Shown here piece by piece: positions 35,016 through 46,285 of a stretch of 64,000 nt of DNA. Origin of the DNA: Blastocladiella emersonii ATCC 22665 (taxonomy: Eukaryota > Fungi > Blastocladiomycota); the NCBI GenBank assembly GCA_025594325.1, contig JANHCV010000001.1:186001-250000 (forward strand). The letters run 5' to 3'. The position numbers and the translations under genes are program-made. The notes under the pieces were generated by a model that searched no databases, was not told the DNA's origin, and saw only the letters and a program-made list of their open reading frames with translations. Position 1 is the first letter of the stretch; each line of letters starts with the position of its first letter.

Positions 35016-37144
35016 TCACTCCCTCCGCCCGCGAACCTGCGTCGCGACGCTGCTCCACTCGGCCGCGCGCTTCTCGTCGCCGTCCTCGCGCGCCGACCGC
35101 GCCAGGTGCTTGGCCATCGCCGCGACGGCCTCGCGGTCCGGTTCGCCGCCGAACGACCCGTCAACACTCCCGGGGCGCACCCCGAGCTGCGCGAGCAATA
35201 TCTCGAGCACCCGCGCTGTGGCCGCGCGCGGACGGGGCGGACCGCCGGGACTCGTCAGCGCGCGCCCGAGACTGATGAGCGCGCGGGTCTCGGTGCGCGT
35301 CGTGTCGCCGACCACGTCGTCCTGCACCACCGACGCGTAGTGCTCGAGCAGCGTCGCGACGGGCGACTCGCGCGCGCGCCGCTCCTCGGTACCGAGGTTG
35401 CGCCGCGCCGCGGGCTGCAACGCGTCAATCGCGTCGCGCGCGGCAAACAGGAGCGACGCGAACGCGGCGCGTGTCGGGTCGGCTGCGTTCTTGCCGAGCG
35501 TCACGACTGAGACGGTGCCGTCGAACTTGAGCGCGGCTGCGGCCGTCGGGTGGTGCGCCGCAAAGTAGGCGGCAAGCAGCGCCTCGGACCGCCCACACTG
35601 CGCCATGGACGCAAATAGGACCTCGTGCGCGAGCGCGTCGAGGTCGGCGTTGCGCGACTGCAGCCACGAGAACAGGTGCTCGGTGTGGAGCGCCGCCGCG
35701 GGGCTTGTGGTCGAAGTAGACGAGGTGGTCTCGGCCGACGGAGCATCTGCGGCGGGTGTTGCCGTGACATCTCCATGGTGAAGGTTTACGACCAATCCGC
35801 TCGCCGCGTTCTTGGCGTCGGTGCGCAACTTGACGGCGTCCGCGTACCGGTCCTTGTCGACGCGGCTCGCCGCCATGAGCAGCCAGTTGGCGACGCGCGA
35901 CGGGATCGGGAACACGCCCTGGTGCGCGTACCGCTGGCAAAGGTTCCACTTGGCGCGGGGCTCGGGGAGCTCGGCGTCGGCGGGGAACATGGAGCGGCCC
36001 GAGAGCGCCTCGTTGGTGCGCTGGACGAGGTGCAGCGGCAGCGCCGCAAGCTGGGCGTCGGCCGACTTTTGCGCCACGGCGCACAGCGCGCACAGCAGCT
36101 CGGCGTCAAACGCGGGCTTGGCGGCGCCGTGGATGTAGGCCAGCGTGTGGTCGACGACGGCCGCCGCATTCGCCTCAAAATTGGGCGTGCGGGTGCGCGC
36201 GACCGTGTTGAGGGCGATGGTGAAGGTGGCCTGGTCAAAGGCATTCTCATGCTGGTTCGCGGTGATGGACTCGACGAGCAGGTCGACCTGGCCGCTCCTG
36301 GCGAGCGCCTTGAGGTAGCCATTGAACACGACGGGGTTGAGCAGCGACTTGCCGCGCTGGATGAAGCCCGAGTCACTGGTGGTAGCCGCCTCGGGCGCAA
36401 TGCGGGTGAGGAGGGCACGCGCGTCGGTGGCCTTCTTTGCTGGCGGGCTGGCCGAGTTGGCGAGCGACTCGAACAGGTGCGCCCACGTCCGCTCGTCGGG
36501 CCGCGCGCCGCGCTTCTTCATCTGTTCATTTGCGCGCGGAGTATCAGCACTACCCCCGGAGCGGATTGATAGCAGAGACCTGACCATACCTCATTGAACA
36601 GGTCCATGGATTTGCGGTACATGCCCTGGCGCGCGAGGTGCAGGAGCACCAGGTTCCACACGGGCGCCTCGGCGTTGGCGCGCGGCGATGCGCGGATGTC
36701 GAGCAGCGCCTCGTCAATGCGGTTCTGGCGGATCCGGCGCTTGACGTGCTCGGCCAGGAGGTACGCGTCCGAGAACCGGTTGGCCTTGTAGTTGGCCAGC
36801 TTTTTGATGTCGGAGCGCTCGGCCTCGCGCTTGGCCGCAGCGGAAGCGGCGGACGCCGCTTTCTTGGCGTCGGCAGCAGCGCGCGCCTGCAGCATGGTCT
36901 CGCGGGCCACCTTGGGCATGCGGTCGCGCCACGTCTGGCGCTGCGGCGGCGGAGGCAGGTCCTGGCGGGGCGAGCGAGTGGTTCCGACAGCCTTGGTATG
37001 GCTGTTGGACCTGCCCTCACTGCCCTTGCGTGATGGGGACCGCTGGCTGTGAACGTCGATCTGGAGCAGCCGCGCGGCAGGTCGCGCGAGGCCGAGCCAC
37101 GGCCGAGCCGTTGCGGCAAGAGATGTTGAAGATCGTGCTAACAT
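35016..37144 (-). CDS. Mitochondrial pentatricopeptide-repeat protein, two exons
   Basis: Presequence-like MLARSSTSLAATARPWLGL. PPR text PVWNLVLLHLARQGMYRKSMDLFNE|MKKRGARPDERTW and PVVFNGYLKALARSG. Intron 36589-36522. Confidence 0.8.
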
Positions 37145-37342
37145 GGCTGCATGGGATGCGGTTGCGAGAGCAAGAGCAGAGCATCAACGTCGGCCGCTCT
37201 GCTCGGCCAGTTCCCTTGGCTCGGCGAGCTTCAAGGAGCGGCTCGGCTGGCATCACCTGACGCCCCTCGATCTCGCTTCTCCCACGCCCCGATCCGCGCG
37301 CTGCGCCCTCCTCTCTCCCGGCCCTGCTCCCGGCCCCGCTCC

Positions 37343-39592
37343 ATGTCCATGAAAACCCCATGTAACCTAATGAAACGCATCGGAATTGAGTGTCTTCCCG
37401 GCGACGTCGCGCAGCTCGTCTTGGACGCGATCGCGCGGCCGCTGCTGGCCAGCTTTGCCATGGGATCGTGGCTCTACGAGGACCAGACTAGCGCCAAGAT
37501 CGAGGCCCGCCGCACGCTTTGGCGCATTGCGGCCGCCATCCCGGCCTGGCGGGCCGAGGCGCTGCGTCGGTTCTGGCGCGAGGTCGTGGTTCATCCGACC
37601 ATCGACGCGTGGCCGCTGCTTCTTCCGAGCAACTCTTCCTTCAATGTCGCCGATTTCGCCCGTGCCCGCTACGACCCGCGAGTACTTCTCGATAACCGGT
37701 ACTGGGCATGCAACGCGGATGCTACCGCCGAACGCTTCGCTGTCCCGATCCCGAGGTGCATTCAGACCCTCGTCGTGGTCAAGACATCGACGCAGTTTTA
37801 TAAACCAGGGCCCTGGCAAGTCGGCGAAAATCGCACCACCAGCGTCATCCGCCGCTTGGATGTCGGCGCGTTCCTTTGGCGCTTTGCGATCGCGCTCGGC
37901 GACTCCGTTTCCGCAATCTGCGCCCCTGCAACTCTCAGGGATGAGCTTGAGCACGGCTACCCGTCTCTACTCTCCGAGGCCCGCCTGCACCCCCGCCGTC
38001 TTCCACTCAAGCTCATCAACTGGCCGATGGCCAATCCATCCCGTCGGATTGAGCCTCCAAATGTGCGCGCAGTCTCGGCGGTCCCGGCCCGCGCTCTGCT
38101 TCTACGCACCACCGCAATCGACAACGTGGACCGTTTCGCGCTTTACGGAATTGCTTCAAGCGTCCTGACCGCGCTTAACATCACCTGTCGACTCACCGCG
38201 GATGTCTTGCTCTCTCTCGCTAGTCTCGAGGGGCTTCGTCACCTCAAGGTGACGCTGGATGGCGTGATTGATTCGCAGGCAAATGGCTTAGAACCCGGTA
38301 CCGGTCACCAGCCCTTTCCGTGCAGTCTTCACTCCCTATCTGTCACGTCGAGCGACCTCCAAGGACTTGTTCAAATTCTTCGCCGCCTTGGTATCGCATT
38401 CGCGTTTCCGCGCCTCACGCAGTTTGACATTCAATTTTTCTCTTCTACGAGCAGGGTGTATTTCGACGCTTCCGAGCACGCATGGTGCGACGCGATCGCG
38501 TGGTCAACAATGCAAGGTCTTGAACATTTTATGATCAACGGTCTTAACATCGACTCGGACGCGATCACTCAGCTCGGCCAGCTCCCGAAGCTTCGTGTAA
38601 TGCGTCTATACCAGCGCTCGACTTCGACTTATACCACCGATTCATTTGTTGCCATGATCGGTGGCGATGACTTGTCCTCCCCATCTGCGACGACGTTTTC
38701 AGCACTTAAATCCGTAATCTTGCAGGACTCTCACCTTTTCGAAGCCTTCTCGGCACTGGAACTGCCTCGCTTGGTCGAAGCGCACTTTAGCTGCTGGAAC
38801 GAGGTGCCGCTGCAGGTGCCGTTGCTGCCCTGGCCAGCGCTGCGGTCCTTGGTCATCGAAGCGGGATTGCACAAGACTGTCAGCTTCGTGACGGGAATCG
38901 ATTTGGCGTTACCTCAACTTTCGCGACTTGAAGTTCGCAGAAGCAATATCAAAATCACCGCACACTCGACGACGGATTCAACGCTTCCAGGAAATACGGC
39001 GACGACACGCCTCGCCTTTCCCAACCTTCTCTCCCTGAGATTGGAATCCGAAAAGGACCTTGAATGGTTTGGCCCTACTCCGTCACTGCGCCGACTTCGT
39101 CTCGAGCAAGGCGCGGCAGCGAACCTCTCGCGATTCCCAGGGCTCCGTCATCTCACAGCTGAATGGCTTTACGTGCACGCACTTCCCGAGCTGCTGCAGC
39201 TGGAGCAGCTTGAATCGGTCAAGTTCCAACGTAGTATGGCTTTCAGCGGAATGAGGTCCGTTTCACTTACGTATTGTGCGGATGCGACGGAGCGCGAACG
39301 GACCTTGCTGTGGGCGCTTTCCCGCACCTCGGTGGCGGCCTTCACAGGCCCGATTTATGATGTGCACCTCGAGGTGTCGATTGGGCAGGAAAAATTAAGT
39401 GCTGCAAGCTCGCACGATGCTCTGGCCGCGATGCTTGTATGGATCAAAGAGCTCGGCAAATCGGTGGCGCGGGGTCCCTTGACCGTGAAGCTTGTGGGAA
39501 CGGGAAGCGTCAAACGTCGGGACCTGGAACGGATTGCGGACTCCATCCCTCAGAAGCACAATTTTCGTGACATTCAAACAGTGATCGCATGA
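37343..39592 (+). CDS. Lineage-specific F-box-like / leucine-rich-repeat protein
   Basis: N-terminal IECLPGDVAQLVLDAI...LWRIAAAIPAWR, then repeated LxxLxxLxL units (FPRLTQFDI, LPKLRVMRL, LPRLVEAHF, FPNLLSLRL). Single exon with lower GC; the start is taken at the first ATG. Confidence 0.6.
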   Translation: MSMKTPCNLMKRIGIECLPGDVAQLVLDAIARPLLASFAMGSWLYEDQTSAKIEARRTLWRIAAAIPAWRAEALRRFWREVVVHPTIDAWPLLLPSNSSFNVADFARARYDPRVLLDNRYWACNADATAERFAVPIPRCIQTLVVVKTSTQFYKPGPWQVGENRTTSVIRRLDVGAFLWRFAIALGDSVSAICAPATLRDELEHGYPSLLSEARLHPRRLPLKLINWPMANPSRRIEPPNVRAVSAVPARALLLRTTAIDNVDRFALYGIASSVLTALNITCRLTADVLLSLASLEGLRHLKVTLDGVIDSQANGLEPGTGHQPFPCSLHSLSVTSSDLQGLVQILRRLGIAFAFPRLTQFDIQFFSSTSRVYFDASEHAWCDAIAWSTMQGLEHFMINGLNIDSDAITQLGQLPKLRVMRLYQRSTSTYTTDSFVAMIGGDDLSSPSATTFSALKSVILQDSHLFEAFSALELPRLVEAHFSCWNEVPLQVPLLPWPALRSLVIEAGLHKTVSFVTGIDLALPQLSRLEVRRSNIKITAHSTTDSTLPGNTATTRLAFPNLLSLRLESEKDLEWFGPTPSLRRLRLEQGAAANLSRFPGLRHLTAEWLYVHALPELLQLEQLESVKFQRSMAFSGMRSVSLTYCADATERERTLLWALSRTSVAAFTGPIYDVHLEVSIGQEKLSAASSHDALAAMLVWIKELGKSVARGPLTVKLVGTGSVKRRDLERIADSIPQKHNFRDIQTVIA

Positions 39593-40399
39593 GCCACGCG
39601 GCAGTGTCAATAAAAGACTTGATTTGTGCGGCACTAGGCGAATTCGATGGATTGGGAAGCGCATGGCGTCACGTCGCGGGCATATTGCGCGAGCAGGAAC
39701 GCGTGTGGAGCGTGTGTGATGCGCTAAGCGCGAAGAAGGTGATGTTGAGCACGAAGCGCGGCCGATGATGACCTTGGTGAGGACGGACGGACGGACGCGG
39801 CGGGCAACGCACGGCCAACCGTCGATGCCGTGTTGAGAATGTTGGGCGCGACTTGAGGAGCGGCGGAACGACGGGAACGATGGGAACGACGGGCTTGGAC
39901 GCGACGCGCGTTGTCAGTCGAGCGGGATGATAGTGGCGCGACGCAATCCCAGCCCCAGGTGTGGACGTCGGTCGACGGCGCGACACGACGCGACGCGGAG
40001 TCGGCCATACGAAAACGGCGTAGAGCGCGACAAAGGGCGCGGCCGAGAAGACGTTGCAGGCAATGACGATGGGTCGGCTCGCCCGCGTCGTTTTGCGGCC
40101 GAAGGCCACTTGGGCAAGGTCAGTTGACTGGTAGAGCGTGGGGTGCGAGTGGAGCGGACAAGCTTGGGTCACTGGAGGTAACCTTAACTGTGCAGAAGCC
40201 TGGAAATGGTTGGCGATGTAGCTGCGGCATGGGTTCGGAACTAGATTGCAAACTAGTTTCAAGTGTTGAAAGAATTAACCATCAACATTCATGTCGTGCG
40301 CACGCACACCCTGAGTCAAGCTTGTTCCGTGAAGCGCACATTCCCTACACAACGCGGGATCCCATCTTCTTTTCGACCCCATTATTATCCATTTGTTTG

Positions 40400-40431
40400 T
40401 TGCCTTTTGCCTTTTGCCTTTTGCCTTTTGC
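40400..40431. repeat. (GCCTTTT)x4 simple repeat
   Basis: Read directly. Confidence 0.85.
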
Positions 40432-40545
40432 GGCGCGGCGCGGCGCGGGAGACAGCGTCTGAAAACTGGGAGACGCGTCGCGAAATGGCGTGACCCCGCT
40501 GCTCGGATCACGCGCCGCTCTTGGAGACGCGTTTCGCGCTTTCCG

Positions 40546-40579
40546 CTCCTCTCCTCTCCTCTCCTCTCCTCTCCTCTCC
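40546..40579. repeat. (CTCCT)n pentanucleotide repeat
   Basis: About 6-7 tandem units read directly. Confidence 0.85.
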
Positions 40580-41892
40580 GCTTCTCGCGCACGCCAATGC
40601 CGGGTTCGATCCGGCTGGGTTCGGCTTGGTGCGATCGGATAGGCTCGGACGCACGCAAGGGCGAAGCAGCCGCGCCGGCCACACGTGGGCCGCGGTGACT
40701 GACGGTGGCGTTCGTTCCTTCCTCACCGGCCAACGATCTGCTCTCTACTCTCTGCTCTCTACTCTCTGTTCTCTGTTCTTCAAGCCTCGTCGAAGGACTT
40801 GTCCGTCACCCCATGCATCGCTTCATGAACCAACACCAACACCAACCTCCCGTGGCGGCGCAGCTAGGTCCCGCCAGCGGCGCACGCGACATGGACTCTG
40901 GTGGCTCGTCCTGAAGCTCTCATGCACGCGGACGACTTACGGGCTTTACTTGATGCTCGAGCAGACTCGGGTTGTCGTAAGCGGCGGTGGCCGCCTCCGC
41001 CGCGGGCTGCTTCAGCGAACGTTCGCTCGCGCCGGCTTCGACCCGGCCACCGTCAACCCGCGCGTGGTACGGATCGGCATATCAACGAGGGCAAGAACGA
41101 CGCGCGCAAGCTCTCGCGCGAGGGCCGGTTCCTCTTCCTGTGCCCGGTCGGGTGCCCTCGGTGCGACTCGCGCGACTAGCTAAGCTAACCGTGGCCACAT
41201 CTTCGCCCTCCACGACTGACGCATCCCGTCACGCACGCGAGAGTAGAGTAGACAACCTGGAAGCCCTACATTCTGTCCGAGCGACCCGGTTGACAACAAG
41301 CACTCGGGCAAGGGGCTCTCGCTCGAAGCAGCGAGTTCCGCGACGATGGTACGCTGACTTGGCACTCTCCGTCACTCGGCGTTGCCTCACAACGCACCCG
41401 CGCCCGTCCGCCTGGTCGTCTGATCGTCTTCTCCATCCTCGAGGAGTGGCAGCACCTCAGCGAGTCGCTCGGGGCAGCTCGAGAGCGAGAGCGAGATGAT
41501 CATCGACTGCCTCGACATCATTGTCATGAGCATCTGCTGCTTCGTATGTGTCGATCCATGGTCGTGCGACTGGTTGCTGCTGCTGCTCTTCCTCCAGGTC
41601 GGCGCGTCCACACGTCTTGGTAACGGACCCGTCGTCATGGTGATAACGACTCCCCTCCTCCTGTTCGCATGGCCTCAGCTACAACTAGTGTCCAATGAAC
41701 CGGCAACCAATCGTTCTGCTTGCTGCGGCCGCACGCGCCAAGCATGTGCAGCGCGTCCTGAAACCGTCAGGTGAGGACCGCGTGAGTGGCGCCGGCTGGG
41801 CTCGCCCAATCGCAGCCCGCCAAAGCCACCGCACACGTTCGCTTGAACGCCGCCGCTGTGGCGACCGTCGCCAGCTTGCGGCCGGGCCCGAC

Positions 41893-42305
41893 TATAAAGC
41901 GGCCGCTGGTCCCCGCGCCCCGTCCTCGCTCTCCAGGCTGCTGCTTCCGTCACTCTAGCTAGCATCCCATCCCCCCTGTGCACTACCTTCGCGGTATCGC
42001 TTCGCTTCTCGACGCTCTCTTCAGGTGCGCATCACCGCGATCTTCGTCTTCGGCGCGATCCTCCGCCTGCTCGTCGCTGCGCTCCACCCCGGACCATCAG
42101 CGCCCGCGCTGCTGCTCCTGTGCACTCGTCACAGATCGCCCTCGCCTTCTTCGCAGGCGATCGTGCGTGGATCGCGCCGGCTCCCAGTCGCGGTCGCCTG
42201 CGCCACCCGTCGACTGCCCGTCCCGACGCCCGACGAGACGCCCAACTGACCTCCCCATTACTCGCGCGTAGCGTTCAACAACAACACACATCAACAACCG
42301 TCAAC
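41893..42305 (+). promoter_or_regulatory. Alpha-tubulin TATA box and 5'UTR with a putative 247-nt intron
   Basis: TATAAAG at 41893, donor CAG|GTGCGC at 42025, branch ACTGAC at 42245, acceptor TAG ending 42271, then an A/C-rich leader TCAACATG. Confidence 0.55.
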
Positions 42306-43667
42306 ATGCGTGAGGTCATCTCGGTCCACATTGGTCAGGCTGGTGTCCAGATCGGTAACGCCTGCTGGGAGCTGTACTGCCTCGAGCACGGCATCCAGCC
42401 CGACGGCACCATGCCTTCGGACAAGACGGTCGGCTACGGCGACGACTCGTTCAACACCTTCTTCTCGGAGACGGGCGCCGGCAAGCACGTGCCCCGCACC
42501 GTGTTCGTCGACCTCGAGCCCTCGGTCGTCGACGAGGTCCGCGCCGGCACCTACCGCCAGCTCTTCCACCCCGAGCAGCTCATCTCGGGCAAGGAGGACG
42601 CCGCCAACAACTACGCCCGTGGCCACTACACGATCGGCAAGGAGATTGTCGACACGGTCCTCGACCGCGTCCGCAAGCTCGCCGACAACTGCACGGGCCT
42701 GCAGGGCTTCCTCATCTTCCACTCGTTCGGCGGTGGAACCGGCTCGGGTCTCGGCTCGCTCCTCCTCGAGCGCCTCTCGGTCGACTACGGCAAGAAGTCC
42801 AAGCTCGAGTTCTCCGTCTACCCGGCCCCGCAGGTGTCGACGGCCGTCGTCGAGCCCTACAACTCGATCCTGACCACGCACACCACGCTCGAGCACGCCG
42901 ACTGCTCGTTCATGGTCGACAACGAGGCCATCTACGACATTGCCCGCCGCAACATGGACATTGAGCGCCCGACCTACACCAACCTCAACCGCCTCATCGC
43001 CCAGGTCGTCTCGTCCATCACGGCCTCGCTCCGCTTCGACGGCTCGCTCAACGTCGACCTCACCGAGTTCCAGACCAACCTGGTGCCCTACCCGCGCATC
43101 CACTTCCCGCTCGTGACCTACGCCCCGATCATCTCGGCCGACAAGGCCATGCACGAGCAGCTCTCGGTCGCCGAGATCACGGCGTCGTGCTTCGAGCCCG
43201 CCAACCAGATGGTCAAGTGCGACCCGCGCCACGGCAAGTACATGGCGTGCTGCCTCCTGTACCGCGGTGACGTCGTGCCCAAGGACGTGAACGCGGCCAT
43301 TGCCTCGATCCGCACCAAGCGCACGATCCAGTTTGTCGACTGGTGCCCCACGGGCTTCAAGGTTGGCATCAACTACCAGCCGCCCACGGTCATCCCCGGC
43401 GCCGACATGGCCCGCGTGTCGCGCGCCGTGTGCATGCTGTCCAACACGACGGCCATCGCCGAGGCCTGGTCCCGCCTCAACCACAAGTTCGACCTCATGT
43501 ACGCCAAGCGCGCCTTCGTCCACTGGTACGTCGGCGAGGGTATGGAGGAGGGCGAGTTCTCCGAGGCCCGCGAGGACCTCGCTGCGCTCGAGAAGGACTA
43601 CGAGGAGGTCGGCGCCGACTCGATCGAGGAGGGCATGGAGCAGGACGGCGCCTACGACGAGTACTAG
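42306..43667 (+). CDS. TUBA: Alpha-tubulin, intronless CDS
   Basis: [37 protein letters not shown] signature, K40 (PSDKTVG) and C-terminal ...GAYDEY*. Strong codon bias. Confidence 0.98.
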   Translation: MREVISVHIGQAGVQIGNACWELYCLEHGIQPDGTMPSDKTVGYGDDSFNTFFSETGAGKHVPRTVFVDLEPSVVDEVRAGTYRQLFHPEQLISGKEDAANNYARGHYTIGKEIVDTVLDRVRKLADNCTGLQGFLIFHSFGGGTGSGLGSLLLERLSVDYGKKSKLEFSVYPAPQVSTAVVEPYNSILTTHTTLEHADCSFMVDNEAIYDIARRNMDIERPTYTNLNRLIAQVVSSITASLRFDGSLNVDLTEFQTNLVPYPRIHFPLVTYAPIISADKAMHEQLSVAEITASCFEPANQMVKCDPRHGKYMACCLLYRGDVVPKDVNAAIASIRTKRTIQFVDWCPTGFKVGINYQPPTVIPGADMARVSRAVCMLSNTTAIAEAWSRLNHKFDLMYAKRAFVHWYVGEGMEEGEFSEAREDLAALEKDYEEVGADSIEEGMEQDGAYDEY

Positions 43668-43943
43668 GTGCTCTCGCCATGACCAAGCTCAAGACCAAGC
43701 TGTGTGTTTCCTTTCCCGTTGAACGTTGATGTCGATCGTCGTTGCCAAGCCAAGTGTACCACCACCACGACTCGCCGCGCGGCCCCCGCGGTGCGAGCGG
43801 CACGCGTCCTGTGCCTCGCACCCCCCGGGCCCCGCCCTAGACTACTTTCTGTGTGTTTGGCAATGGGATAACTTCAACAATCAATCATAAAAGAGACTTT
43901 CTATTACAAATCGTCACGAATTCCTCGTCCCGCCTACACCGCC

Positions 43944-44762
43944 TTAGTTGTTCTTCTTGGGCGCGAACGGGCTCTCGTGGCCGAGAGCGCGGTACTTGAC
44001 GGCCTGCTTGAACGAGTCCCACAGCTGAGTCCAGCGCTCGTTGCTGGGGACGACGGCCGTCGAGTCCATGTCGACATACTTGCCGTCGAGCGAGCCAAAC
44101 TCGGGGTCGACGCCGTCCTTGGCCTCGGCACACCGCAGCACGGAGCGAGCCACGTCCTGGAAGGTCGTGCACCCGCGGCCGGGCGCGTGCGCAGGCGACA
44201 CGGCCATGGTGTACCCGACCTCGACGGGCGCGGGCGCGATCTGCGGCGGGCACACGACGGTCCACCGCGCGGACGAGGCCTCGAGCAGCTCCTGCGCGTA
44301 CTCGAGGTCGTCGTAGGTCGACTTGAGGATCTCGTGCACGAGCCAGCGGATCAAGAATGGAATCTTGGCAGCGATGGGCTTGTGGCACGAAGACGAGGTG
44401 ACGACGACGAAGCGCGCGGTCGGCGCGAGGTGGCGCAGGACCGCGGCGACGCCGTCCTGGACGACGGTGACGCCCGGCGCGTTGATGCGGGTGCCGAGCG
44501 TCGAGATGACCACGTCGGCGCCCGCCACGACCGAGCGCACGGCGTCGTCCATGGTCACGTCGCCCTGCACGACGGTCAGGTTCGGGTGCGGCGGCGTCAC
44601 GACGCGGCGCGGGTCGCGCACCAGCATCGTCACGCGGTGGCCCGCGTCGAGCGCGTACTGGACCAGAAACACGCCGGTCGCGCCGGTGCCGCCGAGGACG
44701 CCGAGGGTGAGGGGCGTCTGCGCCTGCGTCTGGGTCTGGGTCTGGCCGGGGGTCGAGTTCAT
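43944..44762 (-). CDS. NAD(P)H-binding flavin/biliverdin reductase (BLVRB)-like SDR
   Basis: LGVLGGTGATG, ALDAGHRVTMLVRDP, VQGDV, DVVISTLG, WTVVCPP. TATAAAA on the minus strand at 44849-44843. Confidence 0.8.
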   Translation of the reverse strand: MNSTPGQTQTQTQAQTPLTLGVLGGTGATGVFLVQYALDAGHRVTMLVRDPRRVVTPPHPNLTVVQGDVTMDDAVRSVVAGADVVISTLGTRINAPGVTVVQDGVAAVLRHLAPTARFVVVTSSSCHKPIAAKIPFLIRWLVHEILKSTYDDLEYAQELLEASSARWTVVCPPQIAPAPVEVGYTMAVSPAHAPGRGCTTFQDVARSVLRCAEAKDGVDPEFGSLDGKYVDMDSTAVVPSNERWTQLWDSFKQAVKYRALGHESPFAPKKNN

Positions 44763-44979
44763 GTTGTTGTTTCGTGGGATACTGTTGGTTGCTTGCTGCA
44801 GGTCAATGGAGTGCAAGATGAGAGCATCAGGGAGCCTTGCCGTTTTATAGCCGAGCGGGAGTGAACGGCGAGGGCGGGGACGCGGCTTCGCGGCGCGGAT
44901 ACGCGCTCCGGCCCGGCCACGCTATCCGCCGCCGCCGGCGCCGCCAGAGGGGCAAGATAACATGTGAAAACGCAGCAGT

Positions 44980-46035
44980 TTATACAGCCGGCAACGCGGC
45001 AGCGGGGAGCGGGTGCACCAGCAGGCGGTGCGCGACGACGAGCACGGGCTTAGACAGCCACATGAACGACGCGAGCGGGGCGCGGCCCGCGTCCGTCGGC
45101 CGATCTGCGGGCCACCCGACGGGCGGCGCCCCGGCGTCGGCCTCCTGCGACTCGGCGAGGGTGCGGACGAGCGGCGCCCACGCCTCGACGGCGGGCGCGA
45201 GGTCGGCGAACCGCTGCATCCCGGGCGCCGAGAGCTCGGCGACACGCGCCGCGTCGAATCCGAGGACGTAGTCGCGGCCGACGACGGCGAGCGCGGCGAG
45301 GTCGGCGTACGCGGGCCACGCGAGCGTGCGCGGAGGACCAGCGGGCGGCGCGGGCTTGATTCTGGGCAGGTCGCGGTGCTCCTCCTCGAACCGGGCCAGC
45401 GCCGCAGTCAGCTCGGCGAGCAGCGTGGTGGGAACGGGCGGCGCGTCATCTGGCAGCGTCTCGAGGGCGCCGCGCAGCGCGTGCATCCACCCGCGTGTTG
45501 CCTGGGTGTCGGCGCGCGCGGACCCCGTGGCGGCGGCGACCTGGCGGAGCTGCGCTGCGACCCACACGCGCCACGACGCGAGCGCGTGGCCGGGCACCGT
45601 TGCGGTGGCGGCGAGGGCGAGGAGCGGCTCGGCGGGGCGGTCGAGCACGGGGCGCAGTTTCGCGAGCGACTGGGCGAGCCCGCTGGCCGACCACGTGTAC
45701 GTCTCGAGGGCGGCGAGGGCGCGCGCCTGGTCGGCGACGGTGCCGGGGATATCGCGCCACGACCGCGCCGTCGGCGCCGGGGTCGCCGAGGGCGGGGCGA
45801 GCAGGTCGCGCGTCTCGGCGGCGGCGTCGGCCCACATGCCCACGTCCTCGTGCGCGCGGCGGACCTGCGCGAGCGCGGATGACGAGGACGGCGGCGTCTT
45901 CTCGAGCCGCTCGAGGCGCGCGCGCGCGAGGGCGGCGCGGTGCTTGGCCGACAGGTGCCGGTGCACGAGCGGCGACAGCGGGATGGCGAGGCCGTGTTGC
46001 GCCGTGTTGCGGGTGCTGCTGCTGAGCGGATCCAT
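44980..46035 (-). CDS. Hypothetical helical protein of about 351 aa, no recognised domain
   Basis: Long ORF with coding-like codon bias starting MDPLSSSTRNTAQHGLAIP, divergent from the P450 across about 250 bp. Confidence 0.55.
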   Translation of the reverse strand: MDPLSSSTRNTAQHGLAIPLSPLVHRHLSAKHRAALARARLERLEKTPPSSSSALAQVRRAHEDVGMWADAAAETRDLLAPPSATPAPTARSWRDIPGTVADQARALAALETYTWSASGLAQSLAKLRPVLDRPAEPLLALAATATVPGHALASWRVWVAAQLRQVAAATGSARADTQATRGWMHALRGALETLPDDAPPVPTTLLAELTAALARFEEEHRDLPRIKPAPPAGPPRTLAWPAYADLAALAVVGRDYVLGFDAARVAELSAPGMQRFADLAPAVEAWAPLVRTLAESQEADAGAPPVGWPADRPTDAGRAPLASFMWLSKPVLVVAHRLLVHPLPAAALPAV

Positions 46036-46285
46036 GGTTGGGTTGGGATGCGTGGCGATCGAAGGGAGGGCAGGGCGGCGAGCAAAGCGGGCGGCCAAAC
46101 GCGAAGCGAAGTGCGGCCGACTGCGCACCTCCGCCGGCCTGCCGGAGCACCGCCGCGCGCCTTCTCGGCTGCAGAGACGTGCCAACGCTTGACATGGGCC
46201 GCGCGTGGCCTTGCGACGACGAGTATAAGATGCAGCGAGCCCCCACCGCTCCGATCATGGACCAGACAACAAACGCATCAACGCC

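Noticed and set aside
37343-39592. Bacterial horizontal transfer to explain the lower-GC genes
   Set aside because: The domains are eukaryotic (BTB, F-box, PPR-like), most of these genes have spliceosomal introns, and no flanking mobile-element features are visible.
39669-40262. 197-aa minus-strand ORF in the intergenic region
   Set aside because: No codon bias or domain and a non-ATG start; it looks like UTR or spacer sequence.
41381-41393. RFX X-box-like GTTGCCTCACAAC upstream of tubulin
   Set aside because: Only one half-site fits, and I found no convincing X-boxes before IFT140, CATSPER2 or FAM92.
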